64,000 bases of DNA from Candidatus Bathyarchaeota archaeon (GTDB lineage: Archaea > Thermoproteota > Bathyarchaeia > Bathyarchaeales > Bathycorpusculaceae): positions 288,001 through 352,000 of the forward strand of contig CAVRFW010000009.1 in assembly GCA_963720565.1 (NCBI GenBank). Direction: 5' to 3'. Below, piece after piece: positions 11,073 to 20,917 of the stretch. Made by a program: the position numbers and the translations under genes. The stretch's first letter is position 1; every line of letters starts with the position of its first letter. The notes beneath the pieces were generated by a model that was given only the letters and a program-made list of their open reading frames with translations, did no database searches and was not told where the DNA came from.

Positions 11073-11546
11073 GTGAACATAAAGATGGCGTCACAAAAAA
11101 TTGAGATAAAGCCAATAGGTCACGTTAGTACCAATGCTGTAGGTTCGGAAGTCAAGGATAAAACACGAGTCTCGCAAATAATCATCGATGCTGAACTGGC
11201 TGAGGCGACCCAAGGCATAGAGGGTTTTTCGCACATCTTTGTCCTTTTTTGGCTGAATCAGATTTCCAAACAGAAAAGAAAAACACTGAAGGTACATCCT
11301 CGAGGCAGAGAAGATATGCCGTTGCTGGGCGTCTTTGCCACGCGAACAAACCTCCGACCGAACCCCATCGGGCTAACACTGGTTGAACTCATCAGAGTGG
11401 AAAACAATATTCTCACTGTTCGCGGCCTGGATGCGTTCGATGGTACACCTGTATTAGATTTGAAGCCCTTCGATTCTTGGGATATGGCCAAAGAAGCTAG
11501 AATGCCCGAGTGGTGGACTAAACTAAACGAAAACAAAACACGTTAA
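11073..11546 (+). CDS. tsaA: tRNA (N6-threonylcarbamoyladenosine37) methyltransferase TrmO/TsaA
   Basis: GVFATRTNLRPNPIGL and GLDAFDGTPVLDLKP motifs. Confidence 0.9.
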   Translation: MNIKMASQKIEIKPIGHVSTNAVGSEVKDKTRVSQIIIDAELAEATQGIEGFSHIFVLFWLNQISKQKRKTLKVHPRGREDMPLLGVFATRTNLRPNPIGLTLVELIRVENNILTVRGLDAFDGTPVLDLKPFDSWDMAKEARMPEWWTKLNENKTR

Positions 11547-11575
11547 ACATCGTGCCTAAGCTTAGGGGTGCTCAG

Positions 11576-12097
11576 CTATGTCTCACTTATGTAGTATCTT
11601 CTTCCAAGCGCCAGCAGAATTTCCTTTCTGAGCTCTTCTCCCTTCAGCTCATCACTCTTAATTTTTGCCAATTCATTGACTAAGACTAAATCTTCGAATT
11701 CTCCACGTATCCAATTTTCAAAATCTTCCCTGTAGAGATGAAACTCTAACGAGGCGACGGGTGCTATTTTCAGTATTTCATAGAAACTGAGGATGCTTTC
11801 CGCGTGGAAACCATTTGGTTGATCAATATCGTTGTAAAAGTGAAATTCTTTTCCCTTTTCCACTGGAACGAAGGCTCTAAGAGCATTTCTTCCTTTTTCA
11901 GTTATTCCATACCCGCTGCCTGCTTTTCTCACTAACCCACTCTTCAAGAGTTCCTGCATCTGCTCTATTGTTTCTGTAGGAGACAAACCCACCATTCGCG
12001 CAAATCCATTCAAATCAGTCTTTGTCGTGACTTCGTTCATTACCTTAAGAACTTTCAACGATTCTTCTTTCATTAAGTATACCACACATTCAGCCAT
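11576..12097 (-). CDS. Winged-helix plus DUF5752-like domain protein
   Basis: N-terminal wHTH ending YGITEKG; C-terminal FHFY...SLEFHLYREDFENWI. Confidence 0.7.
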   Translation of the reverse strand: MAECVVYLMKEESLKVLKVMNEVTTKTDLNGFARMVGLSPTETIEQMQELLKSGLVRKAGSGYGITEKGRNALRAFVPVEKGKEFHFYNDIDQPNGFHAESILSFYEILKIAPVASLEFHLYREDFENWIRGEFEDLVLVNELAKIKSDELKGEELRKEILLALGRRYYISET

Positions 12098-12195
12098 TAC
12101 TATGGCATTGAACCTTAAATGTGTTAATGCAGAGAAGCCAAAGATGGAGAAGTTTTTTTAGCCGAGATTCCCTTCTAACCACTCTTGGGTATCAG

Positions 12196-12525
12196 GTGAA
12201 GATATTGGAGAAAACATACATTATCATCCTGGTTACAGCGTCGAACAAGCAGGAAGCTGAAAAAATAGTGCAACAACTGCTTAAGGCGAAGCTCATCGCC
12301 TGCGCCAACATCATCGATTCTGTTTCGTCGATTTTTCACTGGTCTGGGAAAATTGAGAAAACCGAAGAATATCTGGTACTTATGAAATCACGCAGGGAAC
12401 TGTTTGAAGAAATAACAAAAACTGTAAAGGAACTGCACAGCTATGAAGTGCCTGAAATCTTGGCCCTTCCTTTGGTTGACGGCTCAAAAGCCTACTTTGA
12501 GTGGATGGATAGCTGCCTGAAGTAG
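12196..12525 (+). CDS. cutA: Divalent-cation tolerance protein CutA
   Basis: LIACANI, SIFHWSGKI, LHSYEVPEI. Start uncertain (GTG 12196 preferred over 12121). Confidence 0.9.
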   Translation: MKILEKTYIIILVTASNKQEAEKIVQQLLKAKLIACANIIDSVSSIFHWSGKIEKTEEYLVLMKSRRELFEEITKTVKELHSYEVPEILALPLVDGSKAYFEWMDSCLK

Positions 12526-12683
12526 CATGGAACTACCGACCGATGTTAATGCGTAGTGTGATTTTCTAACTCGGCGACTAAATATTTTCAGAAAAATCGA
12601 TTCTATACAAGCTCGGGAGAAACTCTCCAATTTGAAAACTCGTAAGAAAAACAGAGAAAAGGAGATATGCTGTATTAGTTTTC

Positions 12684-14176
12684 TTAACTTGATTGTCTGA
12701 TGGGCTGCCTTCTAGTCACTAGGACTGCAGCTACAATGACGACCGCGATGATTACTACTGCTAAAATGACTAATCCTGCAGCGCCCGCTGGGATGCTGGG
12801 GGTGCTCGACTGACTGGCGGCAATGTAGGCTGTGAAGGTGGGATCATGTTCAACCCTGTAGCCACTGTATTGTGGGTAAGCTACTGCGTAGAAGTAGTTT
12901 GCTCTACTCATGTTGGCAATTGTTGATACAGCTTTGGCGAACAATGCAGGGTACATGTGCACGACGACGGCTGGCAAGAACTTCATTAAGACCTATGTGG
13001 CAAGCGAACAAGCCTCCGTTGCCTGCGAAGCCCCCTATCTTGGTAGTTCTAGCTGTTGAATCATAAGTTTCAGATTCTGTTTCGGTTGGATCATGCCGTG
13101 TAGTTGAAAAGTTCGTAGGATTTCTTGGCTCCAAAATCAGCGCTGAAGATTTTTTCGCCGTCATCAGCGTAAGTGTCTATTGCCGTGTCTGTAACCAGTG
13201 CTTCTGCGTCGGTGACGCTTTGTCCAGATTCTGTTTCACTGTAGGTCTCATGATCAGCCATAACACTAGTTTGAAAGTTTATAATGCTCATTTCAAGGCC
13301 GTTGTTTTGGATATAGTCGTGTATGGTTTCGTCGCTAATTTTTCCGCCAAGCATACCGTATGAACCTGTGCTGTTGTAGTAAACCCAGAGTAACGGAATT
13401 ATGCCGATGAAAAGGTGCTTCATTCTTCCAATTACGTGATTCTCCTGGAGCGTTGCTGTACCTGCACTTGGGTCTATAACGAGCTTGTAAGTGAATGTTA
13501 ATTCATCGTAAACTGTTAAGCCGAGGGGCCAGCTGTTCTGGTAGCGTGGGTTACCCGGGTCTATCCATGTCCTCCACCAGAGGGCGGTCAAGTTGGTGTA
13601 CTTCATACCCCATTCCCATACAAGCTTGTCAGGCGAACTTGATAGCGGAATGGTTTCTGTTTTGCTGCTGAGGACTGGTAACGTTGCAGATAGAGCAGTG
13701 AGGTCAAATCCCAAGCTGAACGAGGCGAAGAGCACGTCGTTCTTGTCTGGCGAGTCGGGATAAAGCGAGTTTGCGGTTTCGTTGAAAGCCATTAACATTA
13801 GGAATGTGGAGGACAATATTACGTCACGGTTGTTTTCGTTGGTCTTGTAGTGCATGATGAACGATTGCATTGGTATTCGTAGGTATGCTGATTCGTCGGT
13901 GGTTATGTCTTCGAGGCCTGCATAGAGCAGTTTTACGCCGCTATTGTTTACGTAGGTCATGTACATGTTGGCATGCCACTTTTCGAAGTCCTGTGGGGTT
14001 TGTATGCCGTTTAGCGTGGCGTAAGCGCGAACATAGTCGAAGTAGTCAACTGTTTTGGCGAAACTTTCTTTTTCGAAGTCGGTTTTTACGAGTGAATCGG
14101 CTCTGGCAAGCGGAGTCAACATGCCAATGAAGGCTATTCCAATAAGCAAGATTGTAATCAAGTTTTTGTTTTTCAT
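12684..14176 (-). CDS. Secreted, C-terminally anchored protein of unknown function; two apparent +1 frameshifts (~13093, ~12987)
   Basis: Signal peptide in 13091..14176; continuous reading through 12904..13164 (DPTETESETYDST) and 12684..12986, ending in TM plus RR. Confidence 0.7.
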
Positions 14177-14485
14177 ATAGTGGTTCCTTCGTTATTGATA
14201 CTCTGTTCGTTTGCAGTTGGATTAGATATTTAAGAAATATGAATTCAAAATACGACTCCGAAACCCACAAAAGTCTCAGCTTAACCACTAGCCATAATAG
14301 CTTGAACTAACATCATTTTCAGTGAGGTTAGTAATACAGCACACAGTGTAGAATTGCACCTGCGGCTATTCTTAGAGAATAAAGCCGGCTCTGACATCGC
14401 CTTCATTATTGATCAATCTTTTTTTGCAGTCTTTTCTGCAAGAAGAGGTTTATGAAGTCGGTCACGAGCAAGTTAGAATCATCCT

Positions 14486-15139
14486 GTGGAACAGAATAGA
14501 CAAAAATTTCCCGGAAAGGACTGTGAACAAAAGACAATGCGTAACAAACTGTATCCGAGTGAGTATCTAGCTCTCCTCACGATGAAGTATGATGTTGACT
14601 CCGACATGTTTTTCAACGCTTTGGTTTCAGCTTGGAAAGACGGAAAAGCTGAATGTGGAAATCTATTAGTAGAATGTCGCAGTAAACAGAGTCACAAAGT
14701 AACCCTTCTCATAACGCAAGATTCAAAGGTTATTGCCCAATTCAAAATTCCTGAGGAATTCTTTTCGAAACCGAAGAATCCGCTCAAAGGAGTAAAGGCT
14801 GCTTACATGACAGAGAAGTACACAAGCAAGAAACTAAAGATAGCTCAGTCTTTTCAGATAAAGGATTTGCGAGTTGGGATGAAGAAAGTGAAGCTTGAAG
14901 CCAAGGTGGTGGAAGTCTCAAAGCCGAGGTATGTAGTCACACGGTTTGGGAACTGTGCCAGCGTGGCTAACGCCATGGTTTCAGACGACACAGGCAAAAT
15001 AAAATTGTGCCTGTGGAACGATCAGATAAGCTCCATCGCCGTTGGCGACACTGTGCAGATAGAAAACGCAAGCATCTCGGCGTTCAAAAATGAAAGACAG
15101 CTGCGAGTTGGCAAGAACGGCGTACTCAGAATCGCCTAA
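14486..15139 (+). CDS. OB-fold (SSB/RPA-like) protein with N-terminal extension
   Basis: IKDLRVGMKKV...VSDDTGKIKLCLWNDQI...IENA OB-fold pattern. Confidence 0.8.
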   Translation: MEQNRQKFPGKDCEQKTMRNKLYPSEYLALLTMKYDVDSDMFFNALVSAWKDGKAECGNLLVECRSKQSHKVTLLITQDSKVIAQFKIPEEFFSKPKNPLKGVKAAYMTEKYTSKKLKIAQSFQIKDLRVGMKKVKLEAKVVEVSKPRYVVTRFGNCASVANAMVSDDTGKIKLCLWNDQISSIAVGDTVQIENASISAFKNERQLRVGKNGVLRIA

Positions 15140-15206
15140 GAAAGCACCTCTCAAAAAAGTATACCTATAGCAAAGTTTTATAGTTTTGATTTTGCTCTTA
15201 GCTCTT

Positions 15207-15526
15207 GGCGGTGGGTCTTAGGCGGTGGGGTAGGGGTCCATTGTACCGTAAACCCTCTATATGACGGGCTGACATCTGTGGATGAGGCGTCAAAGGCCGT
15301 CTGGGTCTTCCTTTCCGAAACATTGACTATCCGTCCTTTGGGGCTGGCGGTCTGTGAGCGGTTTCCGTAGGGGAACCGATTTCATTGTTTGCCAGGCGAA
15401 CCCGGCTAGGCTCGGGAGAGAGCAACCTAAGTCTGGACGTTTAGCGCTCAAGGGGATGCGGGTAAGAGCGTAGGGTTGGAAGGTGCTTGGCGGAGTCTAG
15501 GCGTCAAACCACTGTGATCCACCGCT
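15207..15526 (+). ncRNA. ffs: Archaeal signal recognition particle (7S) RNA
   Basis: 5' GGCGGTGGGTC pairs with 3' GATCCACCGCT; helix 6 with GTAG loop; helix 8 AGGCTC-GGGA-GAGAGCAA; TATA TTTATA 30 nt upstream; ~320 nt. Confidence 0.93.
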
Positions 15527-15699
15527 ACTTTTCCTTTCAAGAGACTGCAATCTTCGGAATAGCACTGATGCTTCTTCAATACTCTGCATCTGACCAAAAA
15601 TATTTTTGTTTAAATGGTTGTTAGATTGAATACTAGAGGTAATGCTTTTATGACCTTGCATTACTGAATTCTATACCTCAAAAAAGCGTGGTGAAATGA

Positions 15700-15933
15700 A
15701 TGAATGAATCAATCGTAAAGAAAGTGCAGGACGTTCTTGAAGAGATAAAGCCGCAAATTCAAGCCGATGGCGGAGATATTGAACTCGTGTCTGTTGAAAA
15801 CGGCACTGCCAAAGTTCGATTGAAAGGCGCATGCGCAGGATGCCCAATGTCGGCCTTAACCCTCAAACAAGGCGTCGAGCGCATTATCAAAGCCAAAATC
15901 CCTGAAATACAAAAAGTAGAAGCAGTCCAATAG
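15700..15933 (+). CDS. NifU-C/NfuA-type Fe-S scaffold
   Basis: IKPQIQADGGDIEL and GACAGCPMS motifs. Confidence 0.9.
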   Translation: MNESIVKKVQDVLEEIKPQIQADGGDIELVSVENGTAKVRLKGACAGCPMSALTLKQGVERIIKAKIPEIQKVEAVQ

Positions 15934-16033
15934 ATAACCGAGAAATAGCGCCAAGCTAAAATATAGCTTGCCTTTTCTTGCTATCTCCATCGTTTTCTCT
16001 TAACGTCCTTTGATTGTATCTCCCGCGAAATAT

Positions 16034-16690
16034 CTAAGCTCTATGGTCGTTTCTCCGACTTCTTCTCGATGCCCAACAGCTCTTGCAGTATACAGGCCTG
16101 TCGGGTGCTGGTTTGAAAGGTACCTTGCAAGGACTGCCACACTTGCTGCAAACCGTGGCGTGTTTTCCGTTACCCTCATTTTGGATTGATTTGAAGAGGC
16201 TGTACCGTTTAAGTCTTGGCCAGCCGGTTTTTGCATATTTGAGCATTCCCGGGTTTGCTTTCAGCCAGCGCATCATGTGAAAGAAGCTTTTTCCTCTTTT
16301 TGTTTCGCGCTCTTCCAGTGGCTCGTAACCTAAGTTGCGTATTTCATCCAAATAAGCTATCTCCACGAGTCTCTGGGTTTCGCCGACGACTTTGATGCGC
16401 TTTACTTTGTCTTCGCCGTAAGTCTCTCTCAGTTTCTCCACAGCTACGTCAAATATGCAGCCCTGACAAATGTGTATCTCCTCTTCAGGGCTTACAGCAA
16501 ATTTGGCAACGAGGTTGGAAACTACTCTCTTGGATTCCTGCAGATACTCCTTCTCACTAAAAAGTTCAGGCTGATAAAACCGCACATCGATAAGATCGTA
16601 CTTGAATTCACTGGTCTCTTGGCGGTAGGCACCTACTACAACTCCGAAAAGCAAGTCACCGCTGCCCGCGTCATCTACGATAATTGTCAA
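16034..16690 (-). CDS. Hypothetical protein: RNase HII-like N-terminal motif plus C-terminal CxxC-x17-CxxC domain
   Basis: IIVDDAGSGD; C-terminal CSKCGSPCKVPFKPAPDRPVYCKSCW. Start TTG 16690 inferred (ORF open to 16807). Confidence 0.7.
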   Translation of the reverse strand: MTIIVDDAGSGDLLFGVVVGAYRQETSEFKYDLIDVRFYQPELFSEKEYLQESKRVVSNLVAKFAVSPEEEIHICQGCIFDVAVEKLRETYGEDKVKRIKVVGETQRLVEIAYLDEIRNLGYEPLEERETKRGKSFFHMMRWLKANPGMLKYAKTGWPRLKRYSLFKSIQNEGNGKHATVCSKCGSPCKVPFKPAPDRPVYCKSCWASRRSRRNDHRA

Positions 16691-17086
16691 CGCACGCGCA
16701 TCCTTTTCGAGTTCAATGGTTATAGACGTATAAAAACAGTATTCCTGAGATTGTGCAAACTTGAAGCCGAATTCACTTAATTTGGCTTCGGTCGCCTTTA
16801 AGTTCAATGAAATGCCTTGAACTTGTCAGTTTATATGCAAACTGTTAATGGTCCAGAATCTCTGTATCCATAGTTCAGAATGACAGTTTAGAATGACGGC
16901 CATGAGGTTTGCCTGATTTCCAGATAGCAAGTGTTAAGCTTACTTTCTTTCTGCAAAAATGGACCCGTTTTCGGAAAAGGAGCTTGAATTGTTGGTTTCT
17001 GTTACTGCGATTATGTATAATTTAATGTGTTCTTCTCGAATGTCTAGTTCACTATTTCAAAGTTGATGTTCAAACCATTTATATAT

Positions 17087-17102
17087 GCGCTATGCATAGT
17101 GC
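17087..17102. promoter_or_regulatory. NrdR-box-like palindrome next to a TATA box
   Basis: GCGCTATGCATAGTGC, 14/16 palindromic, directly after TTTATATA (17078-17085) upstream of nrdR. Confidence 0.5.
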
Positions 17103-17147
17103 CTACATTATCTTTGTAAACACTACAGCAAAACGGGAAGACGATCG

Positions 17148-17603
17148 GTGGAGAAAGTGAAGTGTCCGTATTGCGGGTCTGAGGAATTCAAAACTTTGGA
17201 AACACGCGATTCCTTAGAGAACACTACGCGAAGACGTAAAGAATGCGTCAAATGCGGAAAACGTTTCACCACTTACGAGTATGTGGAAACAGTTGAGCTG
17301 ATGGTCAGGAAGAAAGACGGTAAGCTGGAGCGCTTCGACGTTAACAAGTTGATTAGAGGACTACAGAAAGCCTGCGAGAAAAGACCCGTAACCATGGATC
17401 AAATCCACGAGTTAGCTGATAGCGTTAGACAAGACTTGATGCTGAAAGGCAAAGAAGAGATTACATCTCACGAAATAGGTGACTTAGTCATGAAATACCT
17501 AAAAAACTTGGACCGTATAGCGTATATTCGATTCGCTTCTGTGTATAAACAGTTTGAGGAACCTGAGGACTTTAAGCGATTACTTCTTGAGGTGAAAAAA
17601 TGA
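17148..17603 (+). CDS. nrdR: Transcriptional repressor NrdR
   Basis: CPYC Zn ribbon, RRRKECVKCGKRFTTYE, ATP cone, AYIRFASVY. Confidence 0.95.
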   Translation: MEKVKCPYCGSEEFKTLETRDSLENTTRRRKECVKCGKRFTTYEYVETVELMVRKKDGKLERFDVNKLIRGLQKACEKRPVTMDQIHELADSVRQDLMLKGKEEITSHEIGDLVMKYLKNLDRIAYIRFASVYKQFEEPEDFKRLLLEVKK

Positions 17604-19726
17604 AGTTTGTTAGAAAACGTGATGGTAGGCTAGAAGCCTTCGATCAGGAACGCATAACTGCAGCTGTTTGGAAGGCTGCAAAGGCTGTCGGCGGAAAAGA
17701 TCGTGAGCAAGCCAGGATTATCAGCGACCAAGTCGTGGCTGAACTTGAGCAGCGATTCGGCGTTGACGGTTGCCCCACGGTTGAGGAAATTCAAGATTCT
17801 GTCGAAAAAATGCTCATCGAGAACGGTCGCGCTCAAACCGCCAAGGCGTATATCCTTTACCGCAAGCAGCATCAGGACATGCGTGAGTTAGCCGCGCTTT
17901 TGAGCTCTGCGGATTTGGTAGACCAATACTTGGAGATTGAAGATTGGCGTGTCAGAGAAAACAGCAACATGAGCTACTCGCTGCAGGGTTTGAACAACTA
18001 TCTATCTTCCACTGTAATTGCCAAATACTGGATTTCAAGGATTTATCCGTCAAAAATTGCGGAGTCGCACTTTTCAGGCGAGCTGCACATTCACGATTTA
18101 GGCGTATTAGGTCCCTACTGCGTAGGCTGGGACATAAGCGACCTGCTGCTTACAGGTTTCGGCGGCGTATCGGGCAAGATAGAGAGCAAACCCGCCAAGC
18201 ATTTCCGGACTGCACTAGGACAAATCGTTAACTTCTTCTATACGTTGCAGGGGGAAGCGGCAGGTGCCCAAGCATTCAGCAACTTCGATACCTACCTAGC
18301 ACCTTTCATACGCTATGACCACCTGACTCAGAGAGACGTGGAGCAGGCGCTTCAAGAGTTTTTCTTCAACATGAATGTGCCGACACGAGTTGGCTTCCAG
18401 ACACCGTTCACCAACCTGACTTTAGATTTAACAGTGCCGGACTTTATGAAAAACGAAGGCGTGCTATTCAACGGCAAAATCACCCAAGACACCTACGGTG
18501 ACATGACAGAAGAAATGAGAATGTTTAACATGGCTTTCGCAGAGGTCATGAGCCAAGGCGACTCCAAAGGCCGGGTTTTCACCTTCCCAATACCTACGTA
18601 CAACGTTACAAAAGACTTCAGCTGGGACTCAGACGTAACAAAAGCCATATTCGAAGTCACAGCCAAGTACGGCGTGCCCTACTTCTCGAACTTCGTGAAC
18701 AGCGATATGCATCCTGAGGACGTACGGAGTATGTGTTGTCGCCTTCGCATAGACAATCGTGAGCTTCGCAAACGAGGCGGCGGCTTCTTCGGTGCTAACC
18801 CCTTAACCGGCTCAATCGGCGTGGTGACTTTGAACATGCCTCGGGTAGGCTACTTGTCCAAAGATGAGGATGACTTCTTCCAGCGTCTAGAGCGACTCAT
18901 GGAAACCGCCAAAAGCAGTCTGGAAATCAAGCGCAAAGTGCTCGAGGCATTCACCGAGAGCGGCTTGTACCCGTACAGTCGACGTTACCTGAGGCACATA
19001 AAAGAAGGCTACGACAAATACTGGAAGAACCATTTCTCAACAATAGGCTTAGTCGGCATCAACGAGGCAGTCCTTAACCTCTTAGGCGTGAACATCGCCT
19101 CTCGAGATGGAAAAGAATTCGCAGTAAAAACTATTGGTTTTATGCGCAAGAAACTCGTCGAGTTCCAGGAAGAAACAGGCGACATCTACAATCTTGAGGC
19201 AACCCCTGCTGAAGGTACCGGTTATAGGCTGGCGCGAATCGATAAGCGCAAACATCCTCAAATCGTTGTAGCTAACGAGCGACTAGTACAGACGCAGCAT
19301 GCTGAACCTTTCTATACTAATAGCTCTCAATTGCCCGTAGACTTTGACGGCGACTTGTTTGAAGCTTTGGAGCATCAGGAAAGCCTTCAGACTCTTTACA
19401 CTGGCGGAACCGTGTTCCACATATTCCTCGGTGAACGGTTGCATTCGTGGCAGTCTGCAGCTGAGCTTATCCGCAAAGTGTCATCGAACTCTAGGCTCCC
19501 ATATTTCACATTAACACCAACGTTCAGCATTTGCTCTAGTCACGGATACACGAGCGGTGAGCACAAGCAATGCCCCATCTGCGGTTCCCAATGTGAAGTC
19601 TACTCTCGGGTAGTCGGCTATTTGCGTCCTGTGGATCAGTGGAACGATGGCAAACAGGCAGAATTCGCTGTACGCAAAACATTTGACAAATCCGTGGTGA
19701 TGACTGCCGCGCCGATGACTCCATGA
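17600..19726 (+). CDS. nrdD: Anaerobic (class III) ribonucleoside-triphosphate reductase
   Basis: ATP cone, RSMCCRL, EATPAEG, Zn site, glycyl-radical loop SRVVGYLRP. Confidence 0.95.
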   Translation: MKFVRKRDGRLEAFDQERITAAVWKAAKAVGGKDREQARIISDQVVAELEQRFGVDGCPTVEEIQDSVEKMLIENGRAQTAKAYILYRKQHQDMRELAALLSSADLVDQYLEIEDWRVRENSNMSYSLQGLNNYLSSTVIAKYWISRIYPSKIAESHFSGELHIHDLGVLGPYCVGWDISDLLLTGFGGVSGKIESKPAKHFRTALGQIVNFFYTLQGEAAGAQAFSNFDTYLAPFIRYDHLTQRDVEQALQEFFFNMNVPTRVGFQTPFTNLTLDLTVPDFMKNEGVLFNGKITQDTYGDMTEEMRMFNMAFAEVMSQGDSKGRVFTFPIPTYNVTKDFSWDSDVTKAIFEVTAKYGVPYFSNFVNSDMHPEDVRSMCCRLRIDNRELRKRGGGFFGANPLTGSIGVVTLNMPRVGYLSKDEDDFFQRLERLMETAKSSLEIKRKVLEAFTESGLYPYSRRYLRHIKEGYDKYWKNHFSTIGLVGINEAVLNLLGVNIASRDGKEFAVKTIGFMRKKLVEFQEETGDIYNLEATPAEGTGYRLARIDKRKHPQIVVANERLVQTQHAEPFYTNSSQLPVDFDGDLFEALEHQESLQTLYTGGTVFHIFLGERLHSWQSAAELIRKVSSNSRLPYFTLTPTFSICSSHGYTSGEHKQCPICGSQCEVYSRVVGYLRPVDQWNDGKQAEFAVRKTFDKSVVMTAAPMTP

Positions 19727-20415
19727 GCGGTGAAGACATGAAGTTTAGCGGCTTACAAAAAATAAGCCTAGTTGACTATCCGAATAAAGTAGCCTCGGTG
19801 CTTTACACACCAGGTTGCAACCTGCGTTGTCCATTTTGTCACAACTGGCGAATCGCTGTTGATCCAAAACCTCCTTTTCTACAGGAAGCTGTTGCTCTGG
19901 AGATTCTTGGCGCCAGAAAGAAATACGTTGACGCCGTGGTAGTCTCGGGCGGAGAACCGACGATGCATAAGGAATTACCGAAGTTCCTGGCAAAGCTGAA
20001 GGAGAAGGGTTTTCAGGTAAAGTTGGACACAAACGGATTTTATCCCGAAGTACTTGAAGAGTGCTTGCCCTACGTGGACTATGTGGCTTTGGACGTGAAA
20101 ACCTCTCTGGAAAAATACAGCCTCCTTGGGGCAGAAAACACTGCTGGATTCCAGCGCGCTGTTGAGATGCTCAAGACGGGAAAAGTGGAATATGAGTTCA
20201 GAACGACTGTAGTTCCGGAATTCGTGACAGCAGAGGACGTTGTATGTATCGGGGAGATAGCTAAAGGCGCAAAGATCCTTGCCTTCCAGCAATTCGTGCC
20301 CCATGATACACTTGACAAACGCTTTGAAAATATGCAACCATATGCGCCGGAAACAATCAAAGAATTCGCCGAAACAATGAAGAAATACACAGAAAACATA
20401 GTGCTCAGAGTCTGA
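19723..20415 (+). CDS. nrdG: Class III RNR activating enzyme (radical SAM)
   Basis: GCNLRCPFCHN, SGGEPT, LDTNG; overlaps the nrdD stop. Confidence 0.93.
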   Translation: MSGEDMKFSGLQKISLVDYPNKVASVLYTPGCNLRCPFCHNWRIAVDPKPPFLQEAVALEILGARKKYVDAVVVSGGEPTMHKELPKFLAKLKEKGFQVKLDTNGFYPEVLEECLPYVDYVALDVKTSLEKYSLLGAENTAGFQRAVEMLKTGKVEYEFRTTVVPEFVTAEDVVCIGEIAKGAKILAFQQFVPHDTLDKRFENMQPYAPETIKEFAETMKKYTENIVLRV

Positions 20416-20542
20416 CTTCTGCCGAACCTTCTAACCTCTAACGCTGCAATAATGGAAATCGCTCAAGCAATATTTTTCTAGCCTTGGCACACGCAGGAAA
20501 AAAGGAGAAGTCTATCTCATTGTGTTTCTGCTTCTTGTATAG

Positions 20543-20689
20543 TTACATATCTCTTCCGAGAACGTGAATACCGCTGGTGTTTGCATCTATTGAACAACCG
20601 CACTCGGGACAAATATGAATATCAAGATCGGCGTCCATTTCAAACTGAGGTTCAATTAGTTTTCCACAATTTTTGCATTTTGTTGACAT
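20543..20689 (-). CDS. Small zinc-ribbon protein (48 aa)
   Basis: MSTKCKNCG...ICPECG; TATA-like element ~30 nt upstream of ATG 20689. Confidence 0.65.
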   Translation of the reverse strand: MSTKCKNCGKLIEPQFEMDADLDIHICPECGCSIDANTSGIHVLGRDM

Positions 20690-20917
20690 TCTGAGTCCAC
20701 ATCGTTTCTTGTAACTTAATATACACGCTATAGCTCCGAAGAATAACAATACGCGAGATTTAAACTTCGTGGAGCGCACGTTCATAGATGTTGCCGGATG
20801 TTACTGTGGTAAGGACCCCAACCCATGGGAGAGTAGCCAACGCCCTACAGGAAAGTACTAGCTGAACAAACATGCGGGCTCATACAAACAGAAGGGGTTT
20901 TGAATGTTTTTTGCGCC

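Noticed and set aside
13091..13093. Selenocysteine read-through of TGA here and at 8533-8535
   Set aside because: The downstream coding sequence is in a different frame, so an indel explains it.
20733..20912. Firm call as 5S rRNA or RNase P RNA
   Set aside because: Lacks 5S helix I/III and loop C, and lacks a proper RNase P GAGGAAAGUCC and GGCUUA pair; kept only as a candidate RNA.
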